NCBI GenBank assembly: GCA_004431415.1
Contig: QPMI01000332.1
Coordinates: forward strand, 11,187-75,186
Direction of reading: 5' to 3'
Source of the DNA: Cyanophora paradoxa CCMP329
Lineage: Eukaryota; Plantae; Glaucophyta
Length of the DNA: 64,000 bases
In this document: positions 23,701 to 36,273 of the stretch, piece after piece
How the letters are laid out: each line of letters starts with the position of its first letter
How positions within the stretch are numbered: the first letter of the stretch is position 1
Notes under the pieces: generated by a model
Databases searched by the model: none
Told to the model about the DNA's origin: nothing
What the model saw: only the letters and a program-made list of their open reading frames with translations
Program-made: the position numbers and the translations under genes

Positions 23701-24459
23701 GGCGGGGGCGGACCGGATGGAGGAGCCGGGGGCGTCGTCCTCGTCGTCCTCGTCGTCGCTGGAGGCGGCGCTGCTGCCGGCGTCGGCGATCGAGGGGAGG
23801 CGCGTCTGGATCTCCTCGTAGATGGCGCTGATGCTGCTCTTCAGGCTGTCGCTGAAGATCGTGAAGTCCGACGGCTTCGCCTCCGGCCCCAGCTCCACCC
23901 CCGACACGTGCTCCGGCAGCAGCTCCGGCAGCGCCGGGCGCTCCTCCGACGCCACCTCCACCGTCAGCCGCCGCCTGCGAGCCTCCGCAGTGGGAACGGC
24001 CGCAGCGACGACCGGTTCGGGGGCGCGAGCAGCCGAGGACGTCGCCGCGAGGCGCGTACTGCTCGCCGGCGCTGGCCTCGGCGCATGTGCTTGTGTTGCA
24101 CTGGCGGCAGGCGCGCGGGAGTGGGCTGGGATCGCCGCCGTGCGAGGCGCAAGTGGCGCCCGCCTTGGCTGGGTCGAATGCGCGTCCAGCTGTGCCCAAT
24201 GTATACGGCAGACATCGGCTGTGAAGAGGGACTCGTCGACGTGCGGAACTCCGGCCTGAAAGGCACGCGTAAAGCGACGTAGGTCACGGCTCGCCCTGTC
24301 AAAGTTGAAGAGGTGACGCCTGTTCGCGGGCGTAAGCTGACGCGCACGCGTGGCGCCGCGGCGCCGCACCGGACGAAGAATTGAAGCGCGGACTCCTGCG
24401 CTCCCGGTAAGCTTTCGTACGGCATCACGGGACACGGACGCACCAGATCCCTCCCCCAT
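17745..24459 (-). CDS. Large protein with disordered N-terminus and several degenerate NDK-like domains (DNAAF8/Daap1-like); could be two genes
   Basis: TVALLKGD...LRRENAVRRLLELLGPEDPVIAKRTDEFSLRATFGRDAARNAAYGS; LGPEDPQIAARTDPGSLRALYGQDRARN; ELASGPSLVVALERQNG...ELCFFF. N-terminal AIYEEIQTRLPSI plus an acidic run resembles the DNAAF8 N-terminus as recalled. Confidence 0.55.
22320..22580 (-). repeat. Three internal coding repeats AGSFNVL(A/M)RPRVPQ(A/G)PE(V/T)SSGA
   Basis: acgttgaagctccc core at ~22368, ~22470 and ~22563, spaced ~95-100 bp apart. Confidence 0.85.
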
Positions 24460-24526
24460 GACAGGAAGGGTCCCTCGTGTGGCTCCATTCCCGGGGAAGC
24501 CGCAAAATCAACCTACCCCTCTAAGG

Positions 24527-26113
24527 ATGGTCGGCTTCGCGTTCAGCTTGGGCCTGCCGTCGCACGCAGTGCTGCAGCCGCTGAGGGGAACGCGAGCATG
24601 CGTCGATGTCCCGCTGCCCCCGCAGTTGCCGCACGTGCAGGCTCGACAGCCGGCCACAGCCCGCCTGCCCAGCGTCGCCCCGCGCTGGAGGGGCTCTGAG
24701 TTCGCCGTTGGTCGCTTCAGCAGCGGCCTTTCTTTCGCCGCGAGGCGCGGCGCGGTCTCCGTGCGGCGGTTCGAGACGTGCCGCGCGGAGCATAACGAGG
24801 CACAGGACCAGCCCCGGGAGCTGCAGTTAAGATCAGTAGCCGCGCCTGCGTTTCTTCTGGCGGCGGCGCCGGCCCTTCTGGGAGCGCTCTCGCAGGAGCC
24901 CTCGGCTGTGCACCTCGCCGCGCTGGGCGAATCCCTCCAAGTGCAGGTGCACGTGAGCGGATTGGCTGCCTCCAAGGCGCGCTGAACCGAGTATTCGCCG
25001 CAGTTGTACGAGCTCGAGCGTGTGGCGACGCAGCTCACGTCGGTGCAGCTGGACAACCTCTCGCCCCTGAGGTTGGCGCTCTGCATCGCAGGGGCAGCGG
25101 GCGCGCGGGGGCGCTGACTGGGCGCGGGGGCAGCCTGGCGGTCATCTTCGGTGCGGGCCTGCTGACGTCGTTCTCGCCGTGCACGCTCTCGATGCTCCCC
25201 ATCTGCGTCGCGTACATCGGCAGCGACGCCGAGAGCGACCGCCTGGGGGCCTTCGTCCAGGTCCCCGCCCGCCCCGCCCCGCCCGGCCCTCTCCCCGGCG
25301 CCGACGCCGAGGGCGTGCAGAGCGTGTGGTTCTCGCTGGGCATCGCGACGACGCTGACGGGGCTGGGGCTGGCGGCCGGGGGCCTGGGCCTGGTGTACGG
25401 GCAGGTGGGGGACGGCCTCCCCGTCGCCGTCAGCATCCTCTCCGTCGTCATGGGCCTCAACCTCCTCGACGTCCGCCCCGCCCCGCCCGCCGCCCGCCCC
25501 CGCCCGACCCGCCCCCAGGTCCTCCGCTTCAACATCCCCAGCCTCGGCGACAAGCTCGGGCCCGTCCCCACGACCCTCCCCAAGGCGCCCGCCCCGCCCC
25601 GCCCCGCCCCGGCCCCGCCCCGCCCGGCGGGGCGCTGAGGGCGCGCAGTCGGTGCGGTCGTACCTCACGGGCCTCTCCTTCGGCATCGTCGCCTCGCCGT
25701 GCAGGTGCCCCGGCGCCGCCCGCCCCGCCCCGCCCCGCCCGACGCCCCGCAGCACCCCGTCCTCGCCGCCATCCTCGGCTTCGTCTCCACTTCCGGCGAG
25801 GTCCGCCCCCCGCCGGCCCCGCCCCGCCGGCCCCGGGGCGACGCGGGCGGGCAGCCGCTGCTGGGGCGGGGCTGCTGGCGGCCTACGCGACGGGCTTCGT
25901 GGCGCCGCTCGTCGTCGCCGGCACCTTCGCCGGCGCCCTCCGCCAGCTCCTCCAGGCGCCCCGCCCGCCGCCCCCGCCCGGCCCGGGGCCGTCTCACTGG
26001 GGCGGCGGCAGGTGCGGGCGGTGTCGGGGTGGATCACGCCGGCCTCGGGCGCCGTCCTCCTCTTCTTCGGCGTCTCCTCCCTCGTCTCCCGCATCGCCCC
26101 CCTCCTCTCCTGA
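24527..26113 (+). CDS. ccdA: Cytochrome c biogenesis protein CcdA, plastid-targeted
   Basis: GAGLLTSFSPCTLSMLPICVAYIG and GLSFGIVASPC|STPVLAAIL, i.e. both conserved Cys. MVGF...RRFE presequence. Confidence 0.93.
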
Positions 26114-26275
26114 CCCGCCTCGCCCCCGCCCCCGCGCCGCCCCCACTCGTCCACGGACGGGGAAGGGAAAAGCCGAGGTTTCAACGGTTCTGGGAGGGCG
26201 GGTGCGGGGTGGTAGTGTACATGTACAGGCGGGGCGGGGAGCGCTGGAGCTGGGGCGGGGTTGGGGCGGGCGGGG

Positions 26276-26971
26276 TCAGGGGAAGCGGCGGGCGAGGAAG
26301 GCGGCGGCCTCCTCGCGGTCGTCGAAGTGGATCTTCGTCTTGCCGAGGATCTGGTAGTCCTCGTGCCCCTTCCCCGCGATCACCAGCGCGTCCCCGGCGC
26401 CCGCCAGCGCCACCGCCCTCTCGATCGCCGCGCGCCGGTCGACGACCACCTCGTAGCGCCCGCCGCCCTGCACCGCCCCCTCGGCGACCTGCGCCACGAT
26501 CTTCTCGGGGTCCTCCGTCCGCGGGTTGTCCGACGTCACGATCGTGTAGTCGGCGAGCTCCGCGCCGAGGCGGCCCATGATGGGGCGCTTGCCGGCGTCC
26601 CGGTCGCCGCCGCACCCGAAGACGGCGATCAGGCGCGCCTTCGGGTCCATGATCTCCCGCACCCCCTGCACCCGCCTCAGCCCCCGCCCCCGCCCCGCCC
26701 CGCCCCGGGGGTGCGGCGGGCCTTGAGGAGGCGCTCGAGGGCGTCGGGGGTGTGCGCGTAGTCGACGATGACGCCGAAGTTCTGCGGGGGCGGCTCGCTG
26801 GCGGGGATGGGGGCGCGCGGGGGCGCGGGGACCTGCTGGGGCCCGACGGAGACCGACTCGAAGCGGCCCGAGACGCTCTCCACCGCCTCCAGGCCCCGCA
26901 CGATCGTCTCCCCGGGGATCTGCCCTCCGTCAGGCCCCCGCCCAGGCCCGGACCGCCCCGCGCACGCGGTT

Positions 26972-27002
<31 letters not shown>

Positions 27003-29400
27003 TTGTACACGTTGACGGCGCCCCGCAGCTTCGTCCGCACCGTGATCTCCTCCCGCGGGCCCTCGCCCCCGAACTCCTCCGCCTTCCCCGCCGCCCGCGG
27101 CGTCCGGATGCGGATCTGCGGCGCGCGTCGAACGGGGCGGGGGCGGGGCGGCCCCCCGCGGGGCGGGCCTCGGACTCGAAGAGAGTGAGCTTGGTGGCGA
27201 CGGGGTGGACGTCGTTGGTCGCCTCGAGGCCGTACGTGAGCACGTGCGGCACCAGCGTCGGCACCACCGGCGCCCTGCCGCTCGTTGCCTCCCGCCGCCC
27301 CCGCGAGCCGGCGGCAGGCGCACGGCTCGGGGGAGTCCCAGTCGATCTCGCAGCCGGCGTCGCTCGTGCACATGAAGTCTGCCGCGCCGTCACACCTCGC
27401 GGCGCGGCGCTGGGCGGCGCTGGGCGGGGCGGGGCGGGGTCACCGCCGAGGCCGGCGTTCCAGGCCGGGGGCATGATGGCGGCGCCCTGCTCGCCGCGGG
27501 CGACGGCGGCGAAGAAGGCGGCCTCGGGGTCGTCGCCGTTGAGGACGGCGGCCTTGGGGCGGGTGGCGGCCTTGGCGGCGGCGAGGCGGAGCTGGAGGAA
27601 GAGCTTCGCCTTGGCGTCCCGGTAGGCGTCGAAGGTCTTGTGGAAGTCCAGGTGGTCCCGCGTCAGGTTCGTGAACTGCCCGCCACCCTCGCACACGCCC
27701 CCGCGCGGCGCCGCCCGCGGCGGTGCGCACGACGGCCGTGTCGTACTCGATGCCGCGCACGCGGCCCAGCTCCAGCGCGTGCGAGCTCACCTGCCCCGCT
27801 TCAGGCCCCGCCCTCGCCCCGGCCTCCGCCCCGCGCACCTCCATGACGAGGGCGTCGCAGGGGTCGGGGCCGGCCTCCTCGGCGTACGGCCCTGCAGAGG
27901 AAAGCTGGGCGGCGGGGAGCGGGGGCGGGGCGGGGCGGGCGGACCGGTGCGGGCCATGGAGGCGATGAGGGCCTGCAGGTCGATTGCCTCGGGGGTCGTG
28001 AAGGGCGCTGCGCCCCGTCAGCCGCCCCGCCCCGCCCCGCCCCGCCCCGGCCCGCGCACCGGGGAATGTCTCCTCCTCGACCATGTACGCGATGGTGCCC
28101 ACCAGCCTGCGCCGCCGCGCCTCGCCCCGCGCTCGCCCCGCGCGCGGCGGCCGGCGGGCGGGTGCGCACCCGACGCGCTCCCCGTGCGCGCGGAGGATGG
28201 ACCGCACGAGGTACGACGTCGTCGTCTTCCCGTTCGTCCCCGTGATCCCCACCGCCCGCATCCTGCCCCGCCCCCCGCTCGCACCCCCCGCCCCCGCCGC
28301 CGTCGGCGGGCGCACCCGCTCGCTGGGTAGCCGTAGAAGCGGGCGGCGATGTCGGCCATGGCCTGCGGGCGGGCGGGTCGGCGAGGCGCGGTGGCAGGGC
28401 TTGGGGCAGGCGCGCGTTGCGGGTGTCGTCGATGCGGACGACGGTGGCGCCGCACTGCTGGGCGGCCGTCCACGCCTCCGCCAGCTCCGCCTCCTTGTCC
28501 ACCGCCTTCGTCACCAGCACCGCCGCCGCCCCCGCCTCCACCGCACTCTTGATGTACTGGTGCCCGTCCACCGCGAATCCTGCCGCCGCCCGTCCGTGGC
28601 GCCCCGGAGCCCTGCGCCCGCCCCACGCACCCTCGACGCATACGAAGAGGCTCCCTGGCTTCACCTGCCTCGAGTCGTACGTGATGCCTGCTCTCGGAGA
28701 ACACGTTCCAGCATCACGTACGCCACGATGCGCGCCCGGACGGTCACGGCGCACCGCTGACGGCCACGTCGATCGACCCGAGAAGCACCTGCGCCTCGTC
28801 CGCCAGTTCCTCTCCGAGCAGCTCGGAAAGCTCCTTGTCTGCGCCCGCTCGTGGTTAATGAAAAACGCGCCGCGGGGCAAGCGTCGAGCGCTCGGACGTA
28901 CGGTACGCGGAGGCGGCGGCTTTCAGCCCAAATCGCTTGGGGGCTACGCGACGTGGTTATCGACGCGGTACAGCGCTATATAGCATGGATTGACGCACGC
29001 GGCAGCCGGGAAGCACGGATGGCGGAAAGGACCGGCACGCAGGAGCGGCGGCCGGGCAACCAGCTTGGACAGGCGATGCGGGTCGCATCAAAGCGGCTGT
29101 GTAGAACAATCAGGAAAACTCCGGGCATTTTAACTCGGGGACGCACCGCGTACACGCGGCCGCTTGCCGCGCCGGCGCGCGGGAACGCTCTATGTGGCAG
29201 GCATGGCTTGCACGCGTGTCTGGGACGGATGCAGCGCCGCTCCGGGCGTGCAGGAGCGCGGTTTGGAACATCTTGCTTTCGAGATTGGCGTACTCCTCCG
29301 ACAAAAAAAGTCGCCTTTGCACAGCGCCGCGCTCCAGAATCCAGCCGAGCTTCACTCGCTAGCGCTTTCTTGGCCGCAGCGCGCTCTTGCTGGCTGCATC
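26276..29400 (-). CDS. murE: UDP-MurNAc-tripeptide synthetase MurE; start codon uncertain
   Basis: [26 protein letters not shown]|[56 protein letters not shown]...FDDRE. About 14 short introns. Confidence 0.95.
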
Positions 29401-29529
29401 GTCGTCGTTGACCAGGCTCCGAGCACCACGAACAGCCGGCGCTGTCCCGCGGGTTTGTGGAAGGCAAGCAAACGATGCAGCTGCAAGGCCAGCGGCTGTA
29501 GTGGGCGGGGCCCGGAGCCGACAGCAGCC

Positions 29530-32500
29530 ATGCTGGGAGACGGCTCAGTCTCAGGACGAGCGCCACCGCTGTCGAAGCGGGGGGGAGCTCTCGTTGCTGC
29601 GTTCGGCCTGGGCGATGGCGGTGGACTGACGGAACTGTCGGTCGCTGGTGACGCGCCTGGTCTTCCTCCAGAGGCGGCGATTGGCAAGATCGTTGGTGCG
29701 TGGCACCTGGCCGGGGTGCAATCTATGCTCCTGACCTGCGTTCCAGGCGTCCGGCTTCCCTTCGACGCCAGAAAGGACATCGTGCCACCAGCAGCCCCGC
29801 GATCTATCTTCGTCCGGACCGATCCGGACGACGTGGCCGCGCGGAAAGAGGTCTTGCCGCTTGTTACGCCGCGCCACAACGTTCTGCGTCTCGGTCCTGG
29901 GGCCCTGAAGCACATCGATGTGGGAAGCAAGGGCAAGCGTGGCCTCGTTCGCACGAGCTCGCTGGTGGTGCGTGGGCCGCGCGCTACCCCCGGCTGCTTC
30001 TGGCCCTTGTTTTGCTGAGAACGCGGGGCGTGCGGGATAGGGCCGATCGCTGCTGCGAGAGGAAGCGCCGGAGGACAAAAGGAAACTGCTGGCGTACTCG
30101 GAGACGGTGGACCAGGACGCGACGCAGGCGGTGGACGAGTACCTCATGGAGGAGTTGCTCTCCACGTTCATGCGCTCGGGCCTCTTCCGGCACGGCATCC
30201 TCGCCACCATCATCGCCGTCTCCATTCTCGTCGGCATCGGCACCGACGAGAGCCTCGTTCGCGCCCCCCGCCCCGCCCCACCCCGCGCCGCTGCCAGGCC
30301 GCTGACACCGCGGCGGGGCTAGAACAAGCGGTACGACCAGGTCTTCTCGGTGATCAACTACGCGATCCTCACCATCTTCACGCTGGAGATCCTCATCAAG
30401 TGGGCCTACAACTTCGGCGGCTTCTGGACGGTCCCCTGGGTGCGCCCGCCGCCCGCCCGCCCCAGCCCGTGGGCGGTCTCCGAGGCGGGGGCAGAACCTG
30501 ATGGACTTCACCCTCGTCGCCATCTCCATCCTCACCGAGCTCGCTCCCGCCACCGCCGGTGCCGAACCCGCCCCCGCCCCGCCCCTGCGCCCCGCCCGCC
30601 CCGGCGCTGAGCAGCCGCCAGGCCTCGGGTTCCTGAGCAGCGGGCGCATCTTCCGCATCTTCCGCGTGCTCAGGGCCCTTCGAACGCTCAGGAGCATATC
30701 GTGCGCTCACCGCGTGGGGGCGGGGGGCGGGGTCGGCGCGGCGGGGCTGACGGCGGGGGCGGCAGGGCGCTGCAGTCGCTGCAGATGATCGTGGAGACGA
30801 TCCTGGACTCGCTGCCGGACATGGCGAACGTGACGCTGCTGATCCTCATCGTCATGTTCATCTTCGCCTGCGTCGGCGTCGACGTCTTCGGCGAGGCCGC
30901 CCCCGACCTCTTCGGCGACCTCGGCTCCGGTCGCCGCCCCGCCCCGCCCCGCGTCGCCGGCCCCCCGCGCCTCCTCACCCCGCGCAGCCTTCTACACCCT
31001 CTTCGCCCTCCTCACGCAGGACAGCTGGGAGGGCGGCTTCTGGGGCATCGCCGTGCGCCCCCCGCCCCGCCCCGTCCCTCGCCGGGCGCGCGGGGCCGAC
31101 ACCGCGGCAGGACGGCGGCTACTTCTTCGCCGCAGCCGCCTACTACGTCAGCTTCTTCACCATCGGGGCCTTCGTGATGGCCCGCCGGCGCCCGCGCGTC
31201 CGAATACCGCCGGCGCGGGCTAACGAGGCGGGGCAGATCAACATCATCGTGGGTGTGGCGTTCATCAACCTGCAGGTCTCCATGGCGCACGTCGCCAAGG
31301 AGAAGGCCGCCCTCAACCGCCAGATCACCTCCGGCGGCCTCGGCTCCGAGAACACCCGCCCCGATGGTCCCCGCCCCGCCTCGCCCGCCCCCGCGCGGCG
31401 CGACGGCCGCGGCAGAGGACGGGACGTTGCGCAAGGTGGCCGAGGTGCAGGAGATCCAGAAGATCGAGCCGCGCGTCTGGCGCGCCCAGCGGTGCGCCCA
31501 GGCCCCGGGCCCGGCCCCCGGGGCGCGCGTGGGCCGACGGGCCGGCAGGGCGCTGTTCGCGCCGGACCTGAGCAACGTGACGGCGGGGGTGCTGGAGAAC
31601 TACTACCTCATGCTCGTGCGTGAGCGCCGCCGGGGCGGGGCGGGGCGGGGCGGGGCGGGGCGGGGTGCGAGGCGGGGGCGGCGGGGCGCAGATGGCGGTG
31701 GAGGACAACCTCGCCGAGTTCAAGCGCCTCAAGGACCGCCTCCGCCAGGTCCCCTCCCCGCCCCCGCCCCCGCCCCGCCCCCCGCCGACCGTCCCGCCCC
31801 CCAGATCGCCGAGGCCGTCGAGCAGTGCAACCGCGAGGAAGACGACGATGAGGAAGGCGCCCCGGGGCGGCGCCCCGAGAGCGCGCTGCAGGGCGGCGGC
31901 AGCGTCGAGTCGGAGAGCGAGGAGGAGGAGGCGGGGGCGGGGGCGGCGGCGGCAGGGGACGTGCTCTCGCGGGTCGTGCGGCGGGAGACGATGCGGCAGC
32001 GGCGCGTCAAGGACCGCACGCAGAAGGAGCTCATGGAGCGCCGCACCCGCGTCATGCACTCCCTCGTGGGCGACCCCCCCGTCCCGGCGCCCGCCCCGAC
32101 CTCACGCGCCCCGGCAGGGCATCATCGGGGCCGGAGCCCTCGGGCGGCAGCCGCAGAGCCCCGACGAGGGGGGCGAGAATGTGGGCGAACCTCCGGAGTC
32201 GCCCCCGCGGGCCCCCAAGGAGGGTGAGCCGGCGGCCCGTCCTACCCTCGCTCTACGCGCCCGCTGAGGCGGGCGGGGCGCAGAGGGTGTGCTGGCGCGG
32301 ACGCTGGCGCGCCTGAACACGCTGCGGCGGCAGTCCACAGTCACGACGGACCTCTCCGCTGTGCTTTCGTCGGAGGCCGGCGCCGGGGCGCCAGCGGGCG
32401 CCGAGGGGAGCCAGCGGCGGATCCGGGGTGCGAGCCAGAGCGTGGAGGGGGGCGGGAGCGTGCGGACGCGGGAGGTGCAGGAGCCGGTGCGGTCTCTCGG

Positions 32501-32705
32501 GCCGAGCGAGCGCGAGGGCGGCTCGAGCCGAAACCCGTTCACGACCGGCCCGATCGCGGCGGCCGGGGAGGGCGAGGGCGGCTCAGGCAGGCAGGCCCCG
32601 AAGCGGGCGCTGCCGGCGCGGCAGCCGTCCTCCCTCCTCTCCATCCACGAGCACGGGCCCGAAAGCCCTCCCCTCGACGAGTCCCTCCCCCGCGAGGAGG
32701 CGTAG
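29530..32705 (+). CDS. Single-domain 6TM voltage-gated cation channel, CatSper-alpha-like
   Basis: IFTLEILIKW, W|NLMDF, S4 RIFRIFRVLRALRTLRSIS, pore FYTLFALLTQDSW, S6 INIIVGVAFINLQ and a coiled-coil tail. Confidence 0.85.
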
Positions 32706-33448
32706 CGTCCGCGCCCTCGCTCTCAAGCTCTTGCTTGCGCAACCGCGACATCGATCCCGCTGCAATTGTTTACTCAAGCTCCTAGCTTTTTCGAAACATG
32801 TGAAGCATTTTTTGGACCCAGCAGCTCAATAGTGCGCGTCCAGGCAGTTGCGGCCGCCGGCGCAGGCGTTGCTCACTAGCTCACTAGCTCACTAGTGCAG
32901 TCGCTGGGAATGATCATGAGCTCGAGTAGAGCTTCGGGTCCGGGCGTCCTGCAGCTCGGCTGCCCCGCGCGCGCACGGCGCTGGGGCGTGCATCGAACTG
33001 CAGTGCTATAGCTAGCGCTAGCTGGCGTGCCACGGTGCGGCCCGCCGGCCGGCCCGCCGGCCGCGCGCGGCCGCGGGCCGGCGGCGCGGCCGGGCGCTGC
33101 GCTCAGCGGCTGGCTACCCGGCGCGCGGCGCGGCGGTATGTGCATTGATAGCCTAGGCCTAGGCCAGCGCTAGCGCTGCGAATATGCGCACGCGAACGGG
33201 ATCAATTCTGGAGGGCCCAGGGGGCGCGCGCGAGGCGGGTACAGGTGCAAATTTCCGCCACGCCAGCACTAGCCCTTTCAGGTTAGAAACCGCCCCCAGC
33301 AGTTTAGCGGCAGTGGTCTTCCGCCCTCTATCTGTCGTCGACTTCTCTCTCCTTCGACGTACGCAGAAGTCAGACGAACTTCATCCAAAGTGGTCTTTCG
33401 GCCTCCAGCTGTCGTCGGATTCTCTTTCCTTCGACGTACGTGCGCCAT

Positions 33449-35205
33449 ATGGCTGCTTCGGCGCCCGTCGAGGCTGCGTCGGCGCCTGTCGAGGCTGCGT
33501 CGGCGCCCGTGGAGGGGTTTGCTTCGCTCCCCGAGGAGGTGCGCGCGGCTGAATGGCGGCTCATACATACGCTCATACACACGTACGTACATACGCTGAA
33601 TCTACGACTTGGCTCGGGCGCAGATTCATCAGCAGATTCTTCAGAGCCTGGACGATGAGATCGACTTAGCGCGAAGCCTACGAGTGTGCCGTGCTTGGCA
33701 TGCGCTCGACGCGGATCACATCTTATTCAAGCTTCTCTACAAACGTCGCTTCAATAGTCTACCCGACGCCGCTCTCGGGGACAGGATTGACGAAGTCTTC
33801 AGTCTCCGCCGGCTTCTTGAGCGCATTGAGCGTGCTCCAGCGGAGTCCATCCAGACGCGGCGTCTGGTCGGGTACATATATACTACGATATGCCACCCTT
33901 TTTGTTGCTTACATCGTAATGCGTAACTCAGGCACGAGGCACCTGTGGATGCGATTCGACTGCTTAAAATGCAGCACGATGGAGATCCTCTTTGCATATC
34001 TGCTTCCCGCGATAAGTCAGTAAGGCTGTGGCAACTGGGGCGGTCGTTCAAGGAAATCGATCGAGGAAATCATCAGGGATGGGTATGGGGTCTTGATGTA
34101 TTGAGTAACCCAGCATCTGCTCCGAGAATTGTGAGTCGAGCTCTTTGACATCGACATGATCATGCAGTTCTCTGGCGCCTGATGATTCACAGTTCTCTGG
34201 AAGCTGGGACTGCAAAGTCGGGCACTGGACAATTGATCATGAGGGCATCGACTCTAGATCTGACTCATGCCCGAGGCTGAAGCTCAAAGCGATGATTGCT
34301 GGTGCTACCGCGTCAGTGCTCTGCATCAGTGCTCTGGACGACGTGGTTGCGGGCTGCTTCAATAAAAAAATTCTTCTCTACGATATTGAGACGAGCAGAC
34401 TCTCAAGGGCCATGACGGGGCATGGGGACTCGGTCCTGTGTGTTCAACGGACGATGTGTTCCATCTTTTCCGGCAGCGGGGACAAGAAAGTCAAGATGTG
34501 GGACCCCCGTGCCTCTCATGCTTGCCTTCATACGGTGCGTATCTCTTGTTTGTGCTCTCAAAACCGAATTTCTCGCATTGATCTCGCTTTCGACCTGTCA
34601 GATCGTTGCACACGATCGCGCTGTTAAAACCATACAGCACCGCAATCACTGCTTGGTCACCGGTTCCACAGACACGAACGTGAAGGTGAGCACATGTTTC
34701 ATTGAAACAAGGAAATTGTTAATGCCGTGCAGATATTTGATGACCGCCTCCTTGCTGAACCAGTGAGAGTCCTATCTGGTGTGCACACAAAGGTATGCTT
34801 GTAAGGCTAGAAAAAGCTTGCACGTGCTAAAATGGCACATGTACAGGGAGTGAATTCAGTCCTTTTGGACGAAAACGAGATCGGCTTGCTCACTGCTTCT
34901 GACGGTATCACCTGCCCGCATCTCCTCGGTTTTATTGACTAGGCGCTCAAAGCTTCTGCAGACGGGCGTGTCGTGCTTTGGGATGCTCAGCTGGGTGAAC
35001 CTATCAAGATACTCACTTCTCCATTTCTGCCAAGTTCACAGGTGCGAATGGACAGCATGGGTCATACATCTGTGCTTTCTAAAATGGTCTGCAGTTGACT
35101 AGCGTGGCCGTGGACTGGGCTAGACGTCACATGTTGGTTAGCTCCTGCGACAATGTGGTGACACAAGTAAAATTCGGTGCGGGTCCGGAAGACCCGTGTG
35201 TGTGA
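33449..35205 (+). CDS. F-box/WD40-repeat protein (FBXW-like)
   Basis: FASLPEE|IHQQILQSL...RVCRAW F-box. WD repeats SASRDKSVRLW, SGSWDCKV, GHGDSVLCV...SGSGDKKVKMWD, TGSTDTNVK. N-terminal 21 bp x3 repeat (AASAPVE). Confidence 0.9.
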
Positions 35206-35514
35206 CACATGTTGTGCTCTTAAGCACATTTCACGCTTGCATCCAGCGCAATGGCGTGCGTGTGTATGCGTGGGTGAATGACAAGCTTAAGCGAGTGGCT
35301 CGGCACAATGTGGCCATGGGGAGGGGCATGAGAAGGAACCCGCCAGCGCCGAGGCGCGCTCAGAAAGAGCGAAAAGGCCTGAAAAAGATTATGCATTGCT
35401 GGAAGAGCAGAACTACCGAAAGCTGCGCAAGCTGTCTGCGTTTTCAACGCGACCGAGGCCGGCGCCAGCACGATCCTAGCTGAAGGAAGCACGATTCGCG
35501 CACTAGCCCCTGCT

Positions 35515-36104
35515 CTACGCAGAGCCGCCAATGGCGACGTTCATGGCCGAATAGACCTCGGCGCCGATCTGCGCTTTGGCCTTGTCGGCATCGGAGGTCG
35601 CCGACGCGAGAGCCGCATTGTACTCGGCCATCCCCCGCTTCACCGCCTCCGGGTCGATATCCTCCACCTTCACTGCCTCCACAGCGCACACATCGGTGCG
35701 GTCAGGGTGAATGAGCGCAAAGCCGCTGCTGACGAAGTAGTTCTGCACGCTGCTGCCGTCGTGGATCGCCACGACACCCGGCTTCAGCTGGGCTACAGTT
35801 GGCACGTGGTTGGGGAGCACGCCGAACATGCCATCCTGCCCCGGAAGCGTGACCATGTCCACGGGCTTGTTCTGTGCGATGATGAGGTGCGGGCAGACGA
35901 AGTTCAGGTTGAGCTTCGTGCTGCCTGCGCGATGAAAGAAGTGAGCGGGGCCGCAAAGCCCGCCGAGGGGCCGCGAGGTCGCTGCGCGACGATTTGGCCC
36001 CGGGACCCGGACTCGCCTGCGGGCGCGGCCGCCTCCGCCGCACGAACGACGGCAGACGAGTGGATGCGGCGCACGGCCGGGTTGGACACGAGCCGGCGAA
36101 GCAT
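35515..36104 (-). CDS. ATP5F1D: Mitochondrial F1 ATP synthase delta subunit
   Basis: MLRRL.. presequence, one intron, GMFGVLPNHVPTVAQLKPGVV...YFVSSGFA...AVEAVKVEDID. Confidence 0.95.
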
Positions 36105-36273
36105 TGCGAACGACTACCCCTCTAAAAAGAACGCGGCTCTACCCCCACTACAATTTGTATCAAACGTACCCGAGCCGCTCCGCGTCGCGGGGGCGCTCCC
36201 GGAGGATCCGGCGGCGATCCAGAGCACGCAACAAAGCACCGATTCCAACGGGGGCTCCACGCGCTCCAACGAG

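Noticed and set aside
24527-29400. Bacterial contamination or operon (ccdA, murE)
   Set aside because: Both genes have many spliceosomal introns and N-terminal extensions, and they are convergent.
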